From positions 1,240,001-1,304,000 of the forward strand of contig CDRNST010000013.1 of the NCBI GenBank assembly GCA_977016875.1: a stretch of DNA of 64,000 bases. The letters are read 5' to 3'. Positions 50,400-62,069 of the stretch are shown one piece after another; the stretch's first letter is position 1, and each line of letters starts with the position of its first letter. The notes under the pieces were generated by a model. It was not told the origin of the DNA and did not search any database. It worked only from the letters and a program-made list of their open reading frames with translations. The stretch comes from Pavona decussata (taxonomy: Eukaryota). The translations under genes and the position numbers were made by a program.

Positions 50400-51950
50400 C
50401 AAGATAAAATGTTCATGTAAAAGCTAAGACAGATCAGAAAGGAAAGCGGCGAATAAGTTGCCTCGAAGTTTGCACTTAAAAATAAGAACAGAGTTGCAGA
50501 GTTTAAAGGAATTGTCCAAACTGTTCCACGGACTTACTATACGGTGATAGAATGTCCAGATTTAGATTTAAATAGGGGGATTTGCAAAAGTTGGAGCTTC
50601 TAGTTGCGCGACTGCTTACTTCACCAAATGTTTGAAACTTCCACGAGAGGTAAGTGGGAGTGGAGCCAGTCATACACTTGAAAGCAAGCACAGCGTCAGG
50701 GATATATAGCTGTGATTTAACAGGGAGCCAGTGCAGTTCGTTTATCAGCTGAGTAATGTTGTCGAATTTTCTGGTACTGCAGATAATCCAAGCTGCAAAG
50801 TTCTAGACTGCTTGGAGCTTAAGGAGATTAGTGTTCACTGCATTGGACCAGACGGAAGAGCAAAAAAAAACAATTTACTAAACACTAGAGTGTTAATTAT
50901 TGTGGTTAAAGTCGATCTATCAAACACGGCTTGACATGATTGATTTGAGCTAAACCTGAGAAGCAGGAAGAAACTGTTTTAACAATATGCTCGTGAAAAG
51001 TAAGACTCGAGTCAAAAGTCACGCCAAGGTCTTTAACAACGTGCACCGGTGTTAGTTCTTTACCCAAAAGGGACAGGGATATCCAGGAGATTTTGTAACC
51101 TTTGCCGACTTCCATAAACTATAAGCTTAGTTTTTTCTGGGTTAGGAGAAGACGGTTTTCGAAGCACCAGTTTCGAATTCTTAGAAGGTCATCGTTCATA
51201 GCAGAAACAGCCTTAACCCAGTCATGGGCTGGGAAGGAAATGTAAAGTTTGGTGTCATCCACGTTACTTTCAGTAAAACAGGACCGAGGGGTATGTGGTA
51301 AATCGTTTTTTGTAAATACTGAATGAAATGGGCCCGAGAATGCTTCCTTGTGGCATGCCAGATACAACGGGTAGAGGATCAGACAACTCAGAATTTATGT
51401 GTAGAACTTGTCGTCTGTTGGATAGATAGCTGGTGAACCAAGCTATGCTTGATGACGAGATTCCTATATCCAGCAGTTTAGTTAGCAAAATTTCATGATT
51501 TATTGTGTCAAAAGCCTTGATCATATCAAGTAGAACAATTGCGGTAATTTTGTTGTTGTCAATCGGACTTAAGATAGCGTCAGTTGTTCATATTAAGGAA
51601 GTTTCCGTAGAGTGCAATTTCTTATTACCACTTTGTCGTGAAGATAACCTTTCATTTGACACTAGGTAAGGCATAATTTGATTAAGCGCAACCCTTTCAC
51701 ATACTTTCGAAAGAATAGGCAAGAGAGAGATAGGCCTATTGTTGTTGGGTTCCTCGTGATTACCTCGTGATTCAGAATAGGTGACACCTCAGCTAATTTC
51801 CAAGAATGAGGAAAAATTCCACGAGAGAAAGAGGCGTTAATTAAAGATGTGATCACCGGGAGGGTCGCAGGCACGCTATCTTTGATTACAGGCACCGGAA
51901 TTTTGTCAATCCAGGGGAACTTATTTGCTGGCATTGAAGTGACAATCTTA
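50400..51950 (-). mobile_element. Decayed L2/CR1-like LINE RT region
   Basis: KAFDTINH, PQGSILGP, VDDTKLY, VKDLGV, AFKCMTG..P.YL in frameshifted ORFs. Confidence 0.85.
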
Positions 51951-53297
51951 GCAGCTTAAATGTTTGTATGTTTTGAATCTGTTAACATATAAATTGACCA
52001 ACATGTAACTGTGTTTCTGATCCTCACAATTTAAGAAGCACTTTTACAGTTGAAAAAAGGTGTAAGTCCATTGTGTGAAATAACAAATTCACGATATATT
52101 AAGAAACACAACTTTTCCAGTCCCCTGGCATATGGAGGTTCCATTGTTTTACACATAGATGTTCAACTCTGGGGTTGTCGCCCTGCCCAAGAGAGAGAGG
52201 TTTTTTGTTTGAAACATTTTGCCCAACTACTCTTGAGACTTTAGCTGGAGTTCTTTTTTGCCTTTTTGTCATGCGGGCCTGGTATGTGGCATCAAGAACT
52301 GCTTTGATGTTTTTTAGCCTTGTCCTCACCCACTGCAAGGGCTTAACATGTCTCGGAGGGGGACCAGTTGTTTCCTCTCTATCCCCTTCGTCACTCTCCT
52401 CAGACAACATAAATTCAATCGCATTCACTAATGCCAGTATGGCCTTCATTCCTTCCTTATCGTTCGAGGTAAGGTTGTCTTTTTCTACCATCTCTTGTCG
52501 ATAGTTAAGTTTCTGAAAACAGAGCCAATAATGGATGAGTACATGTATGGTTGAATAAGGCACATAAAATACACATACAGCAAATGTGTATATATGTGTG
52601 TGTGTGAGTGACAGGGCTCGACTTTAGGAAAAAAAACCTTGGGGCCAGCTGGCTCCTAAGTTTTTAGATTTGGTCGCCAAAATTTTTACTTCAAAATTTC
52701 CGCAGCAAGAACAATATTTCATCAAAGAAGATGATAACAATTACACGATGTTTATTTGGAAAAATAGCTGTGTATATTTAGGCGTTAATAGTTATGCTTA
52801 ACTTAAGTTTCTGTGCTTTGTTGTGGGTTACAATCAACTGAACATTGAAATATTATTCCTATTTTCTTTACAACGTAGCTCTCTTATTAGAGTACAATAA
52901 ACATTAAACTTTGTGAATGTCAATCACGATAGCTGGGGAGGTTCTACAAAACTGTCTTCACAATGACTGCATTGTTAGCAAATAGCATAGTTTAACATTA
53001 ACAAAAATCGGGTTTCAATATTATTTTAGGTAGATTCCAAAATTTCGGCATGTGAAACAACTGAACTAACCACATAAATACGACAGAGGGCAAAGGCACT
53101 CTATGACTTGCTAAAACTAAATCTTGCTTTCAACTTTTTAAAACGCAAAGCTACTTTGTGCAAGAATGGCACCTCCTGATAATATTCACACTGCTAACAA
53201 AATTTCCTGATTTTTTGTTTAAACTATCTTTGATTTCAAAGATATTTCATAAGGCAGGTTAGCTTTGTTATCAGTTACAGTGTTCTCATTAGTGTTG

Positions 53298-55500
53298 TTA
53301 ATGATCCTTGAAGAATGGTCTTCCTGGCCTCTGTCCAGTTGAAAACCACAGCTCAACTGCCTGTGATGGGACAAACTCAGCGATGGGAGGACCCTCTGAA
53401 GATGTGCCAATGAGGTCTTCTGTGGTTTCTGTTTCCAGGCAGGAACGCTTTGCACTTTTGATGCGGTTTTGGGAAGAAAATGCCCTTTCACACTGTGCAC
53501 TTGAGATTGGCAGCACAAGAAGAAGCTCTACCAGATGCAAAACGTTTTTATAGTCGGACTTATACGGTTCTTTTGTCAACATTGTTGACCACAACCTGCT
53601 GTAGGCCATATCTTGAAACTGTGTTTTAACCATCACCTTGAGTGATACCCATTCCTTAGGCACAGGTTCAACCCTACATCCCCCACTCTCTAGGACAGGC
53701 CTAAACCATGTGACTAAGCGTGCCACTTCATCTGACCCAAAGTCGACCAAGCTGTCAACATCATGGGGCCATGCATCTACTGTACATTGAAAATAAGCAT
53801 ATCACGAGGAATGGTGCCTGCTGTTGGGTTTCGCTGATGAGGCTTCAATCAAATTGCTGAATTGCTCCTGAAGTCCTTGTTTGCACAATTCCACTGCTCT
53901 TTCCATCTCAGACTGCAAATCACTGGACTGCTTGCCACGTTTTTGTGTACTAGATCTTGTGACAATGACTCCTTGAAAAAGAGCTTTGTCATCACTTGTT
54001 TCCACCACTTTGTCAAGTGACTCAAGCCAACCACCAGGAGCCGCGTTTAGGCAATACAGATACCTTAGCACATGTTTCCCTTAGAAGAGAAACTGCTGAA
54101 GGCAAAATGAGATCATTCTGTTGAAACTTTAAGCTAAACGTTTCCAATATGGAAAACAAATCCGCCAGGAAATGACAGAAGGCCAGAAAATGGACATCCT
54201 TAATGGCGGCTGCTACGTACTTGGTCCACCCTTTAATTTCAGCTTTTTGGGATGTGGATGCCAGGTGTTCCATGTGTTGAAGTACAGCAGCATACTGGCC
54301 AGGGTCATTGTCAGGATCTCCTTTTGGTGGTTTGATGAGGGACCTTAATGCACGGTTGACATGGGTCAACCATCTGGCCCCCTTAACTTGACCAGCCTTT
54401 AACACACCAATGCCCATAGCTTTCAGCTCTCTCGTACTCTTGGGGCTAAAGTGGCATGTTTTCCATATAAGGTGAAGGACTTCATATACCTTTTCGACGA
54501 AGGCACAGGATCTTTGAAGCTCAACCAAGGCCAGTTCCAAACGATGTGGTAGGCAGTGGATCTCAATCAGCCAGGGGGTGTCTTTTTTTAATCTTGCAGC
54601 CACACCAGCGTTCTTGCCTAAGTTTACGGCAGCTCCATCCGCACCAAGGCCAATTGACTTGGTTTTTCAATTTCTAATTTCTAGTGAATTAAAGTCATTG
54701 TGTGCTGTTGCAATAAAAAAAAAGAGAATTTAATGGTCTTGCAAAAGACAATTATTTTGATACACAAGATTGTTTGTTCTAACTTTACAGTCAAGTTATT
54801 CCAACTTTTGTTGACAATTGACACTGACCTCCAGCATGTGCATGCTCGACTACTTTGTGGCCCAGAAGACGATTCACTGGCTGACCATTCTCTACGAATC
54901 TACAATGGATTGTCTCATTTTTGACTCCTCCTGCATCCTCGCCACTGTCAATCATAATGGACATGTACCGATTTGAAGGCCATTCTTTCTTTGGAGATCT
55001 AGAAGTTTGGGGAACTTTGTAAAAGGAAGGTCTTCCTTTGCTATAAAATAGGTGGTATTCATTTTCATGGCAACATCTTTTCTTTGTTCCTCATCACACT
55101 TATTACTCATTTTAATGAAGCTCTTGAAAATGGGTCTGTCCTTCTCTGCCTTTTGTTTCGCCAAATAAGAATCACAAGCTCGCATGTGTGTGAAGCTTTC
55201 ACTATGTTTTTTTAAAGTTTCCCATTTAAAAGTTTTGCAACCTTTCACAAACTCTGATTTTCCTGTTGCACAGATGATTACACCTTTCTCATCATCGTAG
55301 ATAATCCAGGGAAAGTCATCTTTCCAGTGAGGAAGAAACTTTCGGCTCGTTTTCTTAGTTGAGGTTGCTGTTTCACTTTCATTCTTTCTTTTCAATCCTG
55401 AGCTGGTGGTTTTGTTGGCCAAGCTAGACGTGTCTTCATTGGCAGATTTAAAGAAAGATGAAATGTCCCTTTTGCCAGGATTTTTTTGTAGGGGGTTGGA
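53298..55500 (-). pseudogene. ZNF862-like hAT transposase
   Basis: RKFLPHWKDDFPWI...FVKGC..FK.ETL.KH..S..H (TTF zinc finger), NTTYFIAKEDLPFTKF, GLGADGAAVN.G...GVAARL...IHCLPHRLELA, ARW, SSAQCERAFS. Confidence 0.92.
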
Positions 55501-55539
55501 CGCTTTCTTCTTTCTTCTTTGCTGGCACATCTGCATCTG

Positions 55540-56233
55540 TTAAAATCACAACAGGTACAAAATGGTTCGGCTGGAACACGGTATTGTGGCGAGTGTCCAG
55601 GTTGCCATCTCTTGTCCACAATATCTGTATTTGGTCGAAGGTGGACTCTTCTGCCATTCATGGAAGGATTTTCCAGTGAAAAATTGGCCTTAACCCAGGG
55701 TTTGCTTCCGGATAGATAGAAAATATGGGACATCTTAAAACTGTGGCAAGGGCCAGCATCTGGATCATACCGTTCCAGTTAACTTCTATGCAGGTGTTGC
55801 GTGCTTCCACTCGAATAGCTTCCAGCCGATTTTTGGAGCTCGTCATTTCTTTTTCGCCCGCTTCTGTCAGGATTGTCGAGAATACAGTGGCCTCTGAAAA
55901 AGGTATGCTTTTTTCAACTTCCAGGAACCTGTCTTTTATGGTTTACACGTAGTAATCTGGGAAAAAGAACAGCTCTCCTGCAACAAGTAGTCATATGACA
56001 TCACTCAGTGACTCATTTTCCTCCAACCATATCGATGCTACATTAAACATACAATTGCCATCCCCTGTTGTTTTTAACGCAACGAAATTCTGTCCTGAAA
56101 ACGTGTCCCTTGGAATGAGAGCAGTTCCAATTTCATCCTGTTTCTTTCCAGACAAATGGTGATTTCTACCCCGGCCAAAACAAGAAGACAACTTGACCTC
56201 ATATTCTGAAACAACCTCTTTGGCGACCACCAT
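55540..56233 (-). pseudogene. Vertnin-like OTU cysteine-protease domain
   Basis: TTGDGNCMFN.AS..L..NE....I*L..A.EL.....YY; W.GMIQMLALATVLRCPIFSIYP; ILW...PNHFVPVV. Putative catalytic Cys and His are present. Confidence 0.8.
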
Positions 56234-57793
56234 TGACGCAAAAAGAGAGAGGATTAGCTAAACTACGACTCACAGCAGGCGTTTGCTTATATTAAAAGAA
56301 GGTGGAGTTGACAGTTTCAACTCTGCCTTTTTATCGCTCTTATCACAATCACTTTTTCTTGATTTCTTCAGCTTGAAAGAAACGTTAAGATAAAAAAGTA
56401 TACGTATAAAGAAAACCCTTAATGATGCATGCTTTGTTTCATTATTTTATTTTTGGTCAGTATCACTGACCAGCTATAAATTGCAGGAACTAAATGTTAC
56501 AGTGCGCAAGTTTTCGTGTTCATTGACGTGTGGCGACTACACACCAGAATTTCATGTGTGTGTGTGTGTAAAGCTATCATTTCAGTTTTCATACGGTGGG
56601 AATTGGTAGAGTTCAAAGCGACATGCAAGCTTGTACTTAATCATTTTATCAAGCCTTGAGTCTCTTCAGTGGATTTTCTGTACAAACCCAACTTATCAAA
56701 ACGTTATATTCGAACGTAAGTCAAAGGGAACAAAAGAAAAAACAATTTCAACGCTTAAATATGCCTTCCTTATTCAAATTGGTTTGATCATCGTTAAATG
56801 CTTCGATTTTTTTTTATCGTCTCAGAAGTTTCTTTTAAGAAGAAATGGTCTTTGAAGCAATTCAACACATCTTGAAGAGTCGCGCCGGCCTGAAAATTCC
56901 ATAGCGTGTCGATGTGCTAAATACGGTAATTGAATACACCGACAATAGCAAGCGATGCGCAAATAAATACAAATGCTGAAAGTCAAAAGCAGGCTATTTT
57001 TGCTACATGTAAAACTTGAGATACATTGCACGAATGGAAGAAAAAGTTAAATGTACATCAAATGACTAAAATACTCACCGCTTTTGGAAAACTCAAAAAT
57101 AGTTTAAGCGTGTTTTAGCGAGACAGAGAGAAATCCGATATCTGCAAAAAATGCTAATGCGTGTGTCTGAGGTTTGCGTTTTGGCGGGCTGTTTACGATC
57201 TACCATCAATGTATTTTACTTCTTTCACATGCTCTCCAGGAACTACAAAATATTGCCAATGAATAAAGCTATAAAACAAGGAAAGTTATTTTATTCACAA
57301 GACAGCATGCGACAAATAGAACATCGCTACATGCATCCAATGTCTGTTCGATAACATCAAATGCGAGCTTCCTTAAATTAAATATTTGAACTCCCTATTC
57401 TTTCCCTACAACATACTGCTACTAAATTGTAATGTGAAAACAAATGTTATTTCTCTTGAAACGAATAGACCATAGTTTACAAAATTGCAAAAGTCTCATT
57501 TTAGGAACAAATGTTACTTCCGGAATGCTTCTAACGAAAGATGTAGATAACTGATTTCACAACAGTAACTATAGTAAAGGCGGTTGAAACAGATTTGTAC
57601 ATGAAAGTGATAAGAAATTACATTGTCTGTGCATTCCTCGCAGTTTACAATTAACACTCATTTAATTCGTCATGGATCTCAGAAAATGAAAAAAATAATA
57701 ACGTGAAAGTGCAGTGGCCAGACTGGCGACCAGACATGAAAAGTTAGTCGCCAGCTGATCAAATCCAGTCGCATTGGCGACCCCAAAGCCCTG

Positions 57794-58834
57794 CATTGAA
57801 TTTGATTTCAAGGGCTCGTTGGAGATCCGCTTGCTGGGCTGTTCCCTGCCTGGCCAAAACTTCCGGAAGTGCTTCTTGCTGTGTGACAGCTTTAGAACTA
57901 CCACTAGGGGTTAAATAATTGTGGCTCTTACTCTTCAAGTGCTTAGTAAGTGTTTTGCATTTAAAGTTGTCGCATCCCTTGACTAAGGATGAAGATGCAT
58001 GCATCGGAAGGGCTTTACAGTAACTGCAGCACACCAGTTCTTTTTGTGAATCCCATTCTAACCAGTCGAATTCGTTCAACCAGGCTCCTTGAAACTGGTA
58101 AACTTTTCGTTTCTTACTCACCGGCTTGTCCTCCTTATCTTGGACAAAGGTCGCATCATTGGAGTTGGGGTTTGAGGAAACATTATTCACTGTGTTGGAT
58201 GACGGCGGCCGGCTGTTTGAGAATTAATTTTCTTTATGTAAATTAGCGTTCTTTATGTTAATGTTGACGGCGCATTGATTTAACTGAGATAAAATTCATT
58301 GTTTTACAGGAAATACGTAACACTTGTTCTTACCTTGAAGAAAAAAAGTCTCAACCCCGATTGTTTAGACATTCTTGACACTTTGGCTTGACCTAAGGCT
58401 TGACCTTTGATATCAGAAAAACAAAAAATTGCACGAGAAGCACGTGTTACAGAAGGTTGCCTTCACTCGTACATGTCAGCGATGCGGTCACAAAACCGAG
58501 AAGAGTCTGGGGTGGGATGAAACACGGACAAGAAACGGACTTGGGGAAACAACAAATAAAACACACACTGATGCAAGAAAAATGGTGTAACTTTATTATG
58601 TGGAACCTAATTGCGTTACGGCCACATTTGAATTTATTATTTCAAGCTTCTGTTTCGTGTTTAATCAGGCAAAGTAAACAAGAATTGTCAGGTAACGAAT
58701 TAAAGTGGCCCCAATTCAGGCGCACTGAACTTGGGTGTTTTAGGCTTGTGAGTGCGATCAAATATGATTTTTCAGGTGCAAAATAAAAAATCTAGTCGCA
58801 TATGCGACCAGCTGGTTGCTAACTTTCATCCCTG
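57794..58834 (-). mobile_element. 5' end of a second ZNF862-type hAT element, truncated by the first
   Basis: Terminus CAGGGATGAAAG with TGGTCGCA/TGCGAC motifs. ORF FQGAWLNEFDWLEW...CCSYCK...KGCDNFK...KH..SKSH...KFN stops at the other element's TIR. Confidence 0.8.
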
Positions 58835-59954
58835 CATTCATTATCACTTGTGGATTTAGCTGGTATTGTTCTTGTGAGGGAATAATATATGTATATATCT
58901 GCGATTCCTCCTCAAGAAATCTGACAGAGACACACTATTAAAGCTTGCAAAGGCAGGGTTGACTTCTTGCATCCTCATTGACAAAGAGGTGAATTTGTCA
59001 TCTCTTGGTAACCTTTTACAGTCAGATATTCCTGTGATGGCAACCCTATGGGAAAAGATTGAGGTAGTTGACAATATTACTATAAGGGTCACAATTGGGA
59101 AAACCACATAAGAGCAACAATCACATGATAATAACTTTGATAAAAGAAGCAAAACTGAACCAATTCCCAAAATACTGACACTACTGTAAGAACACTGACA
59201 AGAAACTATCTCTAAGCTGAACGTATGCACTCACAATGAATTAGACTCTTCTCCCTATGGTGAAAGGCTAAGATCAAAGGGCACTCTGGTTTTCGCTGGA
59301 GTTGACTGGAAAAGCTCACATCTTCCTACAGAACCAAAAATATTATTTGGCAATTTTTACGCCACAAAACATTATTAAGAGCCGTTGTCAGTAACTTTCA
59401 AGAATCTGGCGACAGAAGCGACAATTCAAATTTCTTTTTATTTTCCCCAAGACCCTTTTAGTGAACTATTTTCAAAAATAATATTCAAAAGTTCCAGCGA
59501 ATTTTTATTTTGGCTAAGATTGGGAAAGTTTGAAATCGACCTAAACGTGCCCGATGGCCCGATTGAAATTATGCAAATTGGTATATTTTCAAAACTCTCG
59601 TTCAAGACAAGGAAACGTTTTCTCGAGTTAATGTTTTCACCATCGTTTTTACATCCCTTGTGCTTGCTTCCAAACTATATTTTATCTCAAAATGAACATT
59701 CTTTCATTTGAAGTTGCCCACGAAAAGAATGCAATGTTTGCTATTCCTTAGATAAAGTGATTTTAGCCATATTTCAGATGACCACATCATCAGGGGTATA
59801 CGAATATGCTGGCAATAAAAGAACTTTTTTGAACGGGCAATTTTCTTATTTATCATGTTGAAATATTTAGTTTGGCCTGGGAAAAGTGAGCGTGCTAGGT
59901 CGAGATGTGTGGAATGCACTTTGACACAATTCACCATTTCAGTACTTCATGTTC

Positions 59955-60385
59955 CTCCTGTTACTTTGCACGCATCAGATAGATGGTAGGTAGGTAGTAT
60001 TAAAGCTTGATATATTAGTTGCAAGGTCGCCTGAGAGACAAGGTGCCTTATTCGTTTTATGGCCCCAATACCAGAGGCAACTTCCTTTGTTACTTTCTCG
60101 ATATGGCCACTTCAATCAAGGCTGTCATCAATGGTCACTCCAAGTGATTTTGCAGTAATGACCTGGCTAACTTGAAAATCACTAATTGCAAATGTCGGGG
60201 ACTCTGTGAGAGTACTTAGCCTCTGCCTAGATCCGATAAGCATAAACTCGGTTTTAGTCATATTTAGAGTAAGTTTATTTGCTCTCAGCCAATTGTGAAC
60301 ATTTTCTAAATCTTGATTTAGATGCAACTGAATATTGTCTGCATTATCACCTGCGTATGTAAGGTGGGTGTCATCAGCGTACATC
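59955..60385 (-). mobile_element. L2/CR1-like LINE RT fragment
   Basis: MYADDTHL...LTLNMTKTEFMLIGS...KSLGVTIDD. Confidence 0.85.
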
Positions 60386-60409
60386 TTCCTGGAAAAAGTT
60401 TATAATTTT

Positions 60410-61135
60410 TCTTTATGTTACCTGTTTCAAGCTTTACACAGATATTTTAATCGTTTATTAAATTCTCGATACCATCGATATTCGTGTAGAAATTAATTTT
60501 TGAACATTTTGTTTCGTAGCCGTGTTTTTTTCATTCGCACCTTACGGCATTTTTGATTGTAAACACACACAAGTTTTAAAGCTCTGAAATAATTCTACCA
60601 AACACAAGACTATTTTCCCGTATTTTCCATTTGTTATTGTTTATTTAGAGACTAGAATTATTACTATAGGACCAGAATTGACACAATTTTGGATTTCCAA
60701 ACATTTTTCCCCGGGAGCTTACTTGCTCTCGCAGAAAATCTCACGTTTTCCGTGATTCCGACGGCCGTTTACAGATCATTTGTAAACAAAAATGCTTTCT
60801 TCCAGGCGACAATTGATGATTTCATTTATGTTACATGTTTAAAGCTTTACGCAGATGCTTTTATCGCTTATTAAATTCTTTATACCGATATTTGTTTAGA
60901 AATTAATTTTTGTACAATATTGTTTCGTGGCCGTGTTTTTTTCATTCGCACTACACAGCTCTCATGTTTTTGTAAACAGACAGAAGTTTAAAAGCTCTGA
61001 AATAATTCTACCATACACCAAAGACTATTTTCCCGTATTTTCCATTTGTTAACGAGACTAGAATTATTGCTATAGAAGCAGAATTGACATAGTTTTGAAT
61101 TTCCAAACAATTTCCCCCGGGGACGGTAATTTGCT
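60410..61135. repeat. Diverged two-copy tandem repeat, period about 413 bp
   Basis: TTATGTTAC.TGTTT.AAGCTTTAC and AAAGCTCTGAAATAATTCTACCA...AAGACTATTTTCCCGTATTTTCCATTTGTT each occur twice. Confidence 0.8.
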
Positions 61136-61157
61136 CTTACACACAAAAAACATATTA

Positions 61158-61290
61158 CAGTAGAACCTCGATTTAACGAAGTCGCTGGGGACCGGCCAAA
61201 TTTGTTCGTTAAATCGAAGGTTCGTTATATCGAAAACCTTGATATAACGAACTTGAGGGGAAACGACCAAAATGTTCGTTATATCGAGGT
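61158..61290. mobile_element. Tc1/pogo (Tigger-like) MITE end fragment
   Basis: TA followed by CAGTAGAACCTCGATTTAACG, with repeated TTCGTTATATCG subterminal motifs. The second TIR was not found. Confidence 0.65.
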
Positions 61291-61964
61291 CATAGTTAAT
61301 GATTGATTTTCAACACAGGTGACTTCTGTCACGCAATTCAATGCAATTTTCGTCACCCAGAAGTGCCACGTTTTGAGATGCAATTCATCAAAGGGGCAGT
61401 GTCACCTATTTGTAGCCGTTACTTTGAATGACAAAAAAATGTATTTGAATCAATGGAATTGTAAAATAATGGGTTACTTTTGTTAGTAATAACCTTACTA
61501 GTGCACAGAAACTAGTATTGATTATGTTTTGTTGTGGATGGCTAGGGCGGAAATGGATAACAACTTGAAAAAATTGGCCAGTTTTTTCAAGCTCTTCCTT
61601 TGTATTTCAGAGAAATCACTAAAAACTGATTACAGCTTGTTCTTCCTCGAACAAGGTTGCTCGCCGAGTAGTTTCGCCCATTCACATTTAGTGCGGAGTT
61701 GATAAATCCTCAAAAGTCGATCGACGATTTTCCGAAAATATACAACTTTTCTTTCTTCGGTACAATCGTAGCACAAATAAAGCAAAGATCAGTAGCCTCT
61801 ACGACTTTCTTTAGAGTTTCCATTTGTAAAAACTACGAGAAAGTTTCTGTGATCGGAATATTCCAGATTTGATGTCAAGTCGCGGCTTTACTTTGCGGGA
61901 AAATGTTTAGCTGACTTTTGATTGGCTCGATTTAAGACAATGACTGTGATCTGATTGGCCAGTC

Positions 61965-62069
61965 GTCTGCTGAGACTAACAAAGGGAGAGGAATGCAGTT
62001 CAAAAGAAAGCAGCCATTTGTGGGGAGGAGCGTTGCATGATGAGCCTAAAAACGGCTGCGTAGGAGACT
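61965..62069. mobile_element. Academ-like MITE end fragment
   Basis: Ends ...AAAAACGGCTGCGTAGGAGACTA (TAG terminus on -). Partner end not clear. Confidence 0.4.

Larger units (their letters stand above)
52612..57793 (-). mobile_element. hAT DNA transposon (ZNF862-like transposase) with N-terminal OTU/vertnin-like domain, decayed
   Basis: CAGGGCT...AGCCCTG termini with subterminal GTCGCCA/TGGCGAC motifs; coding remnants at 53298-56233. No TSD recovered. Confidence 0.8.

Noticed and set aside
52099-52563. 154-aa ORF with a LSEESD motif
   Set aside because: It may be a transposon accessory exon, but I could not support a domain or boundaries.
53298-56233. Functional host ZNF862 or VRTN gene
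   Set aside because: Multiple stops and frameshifts, TIR-bounded, and partly duplicated nearby.
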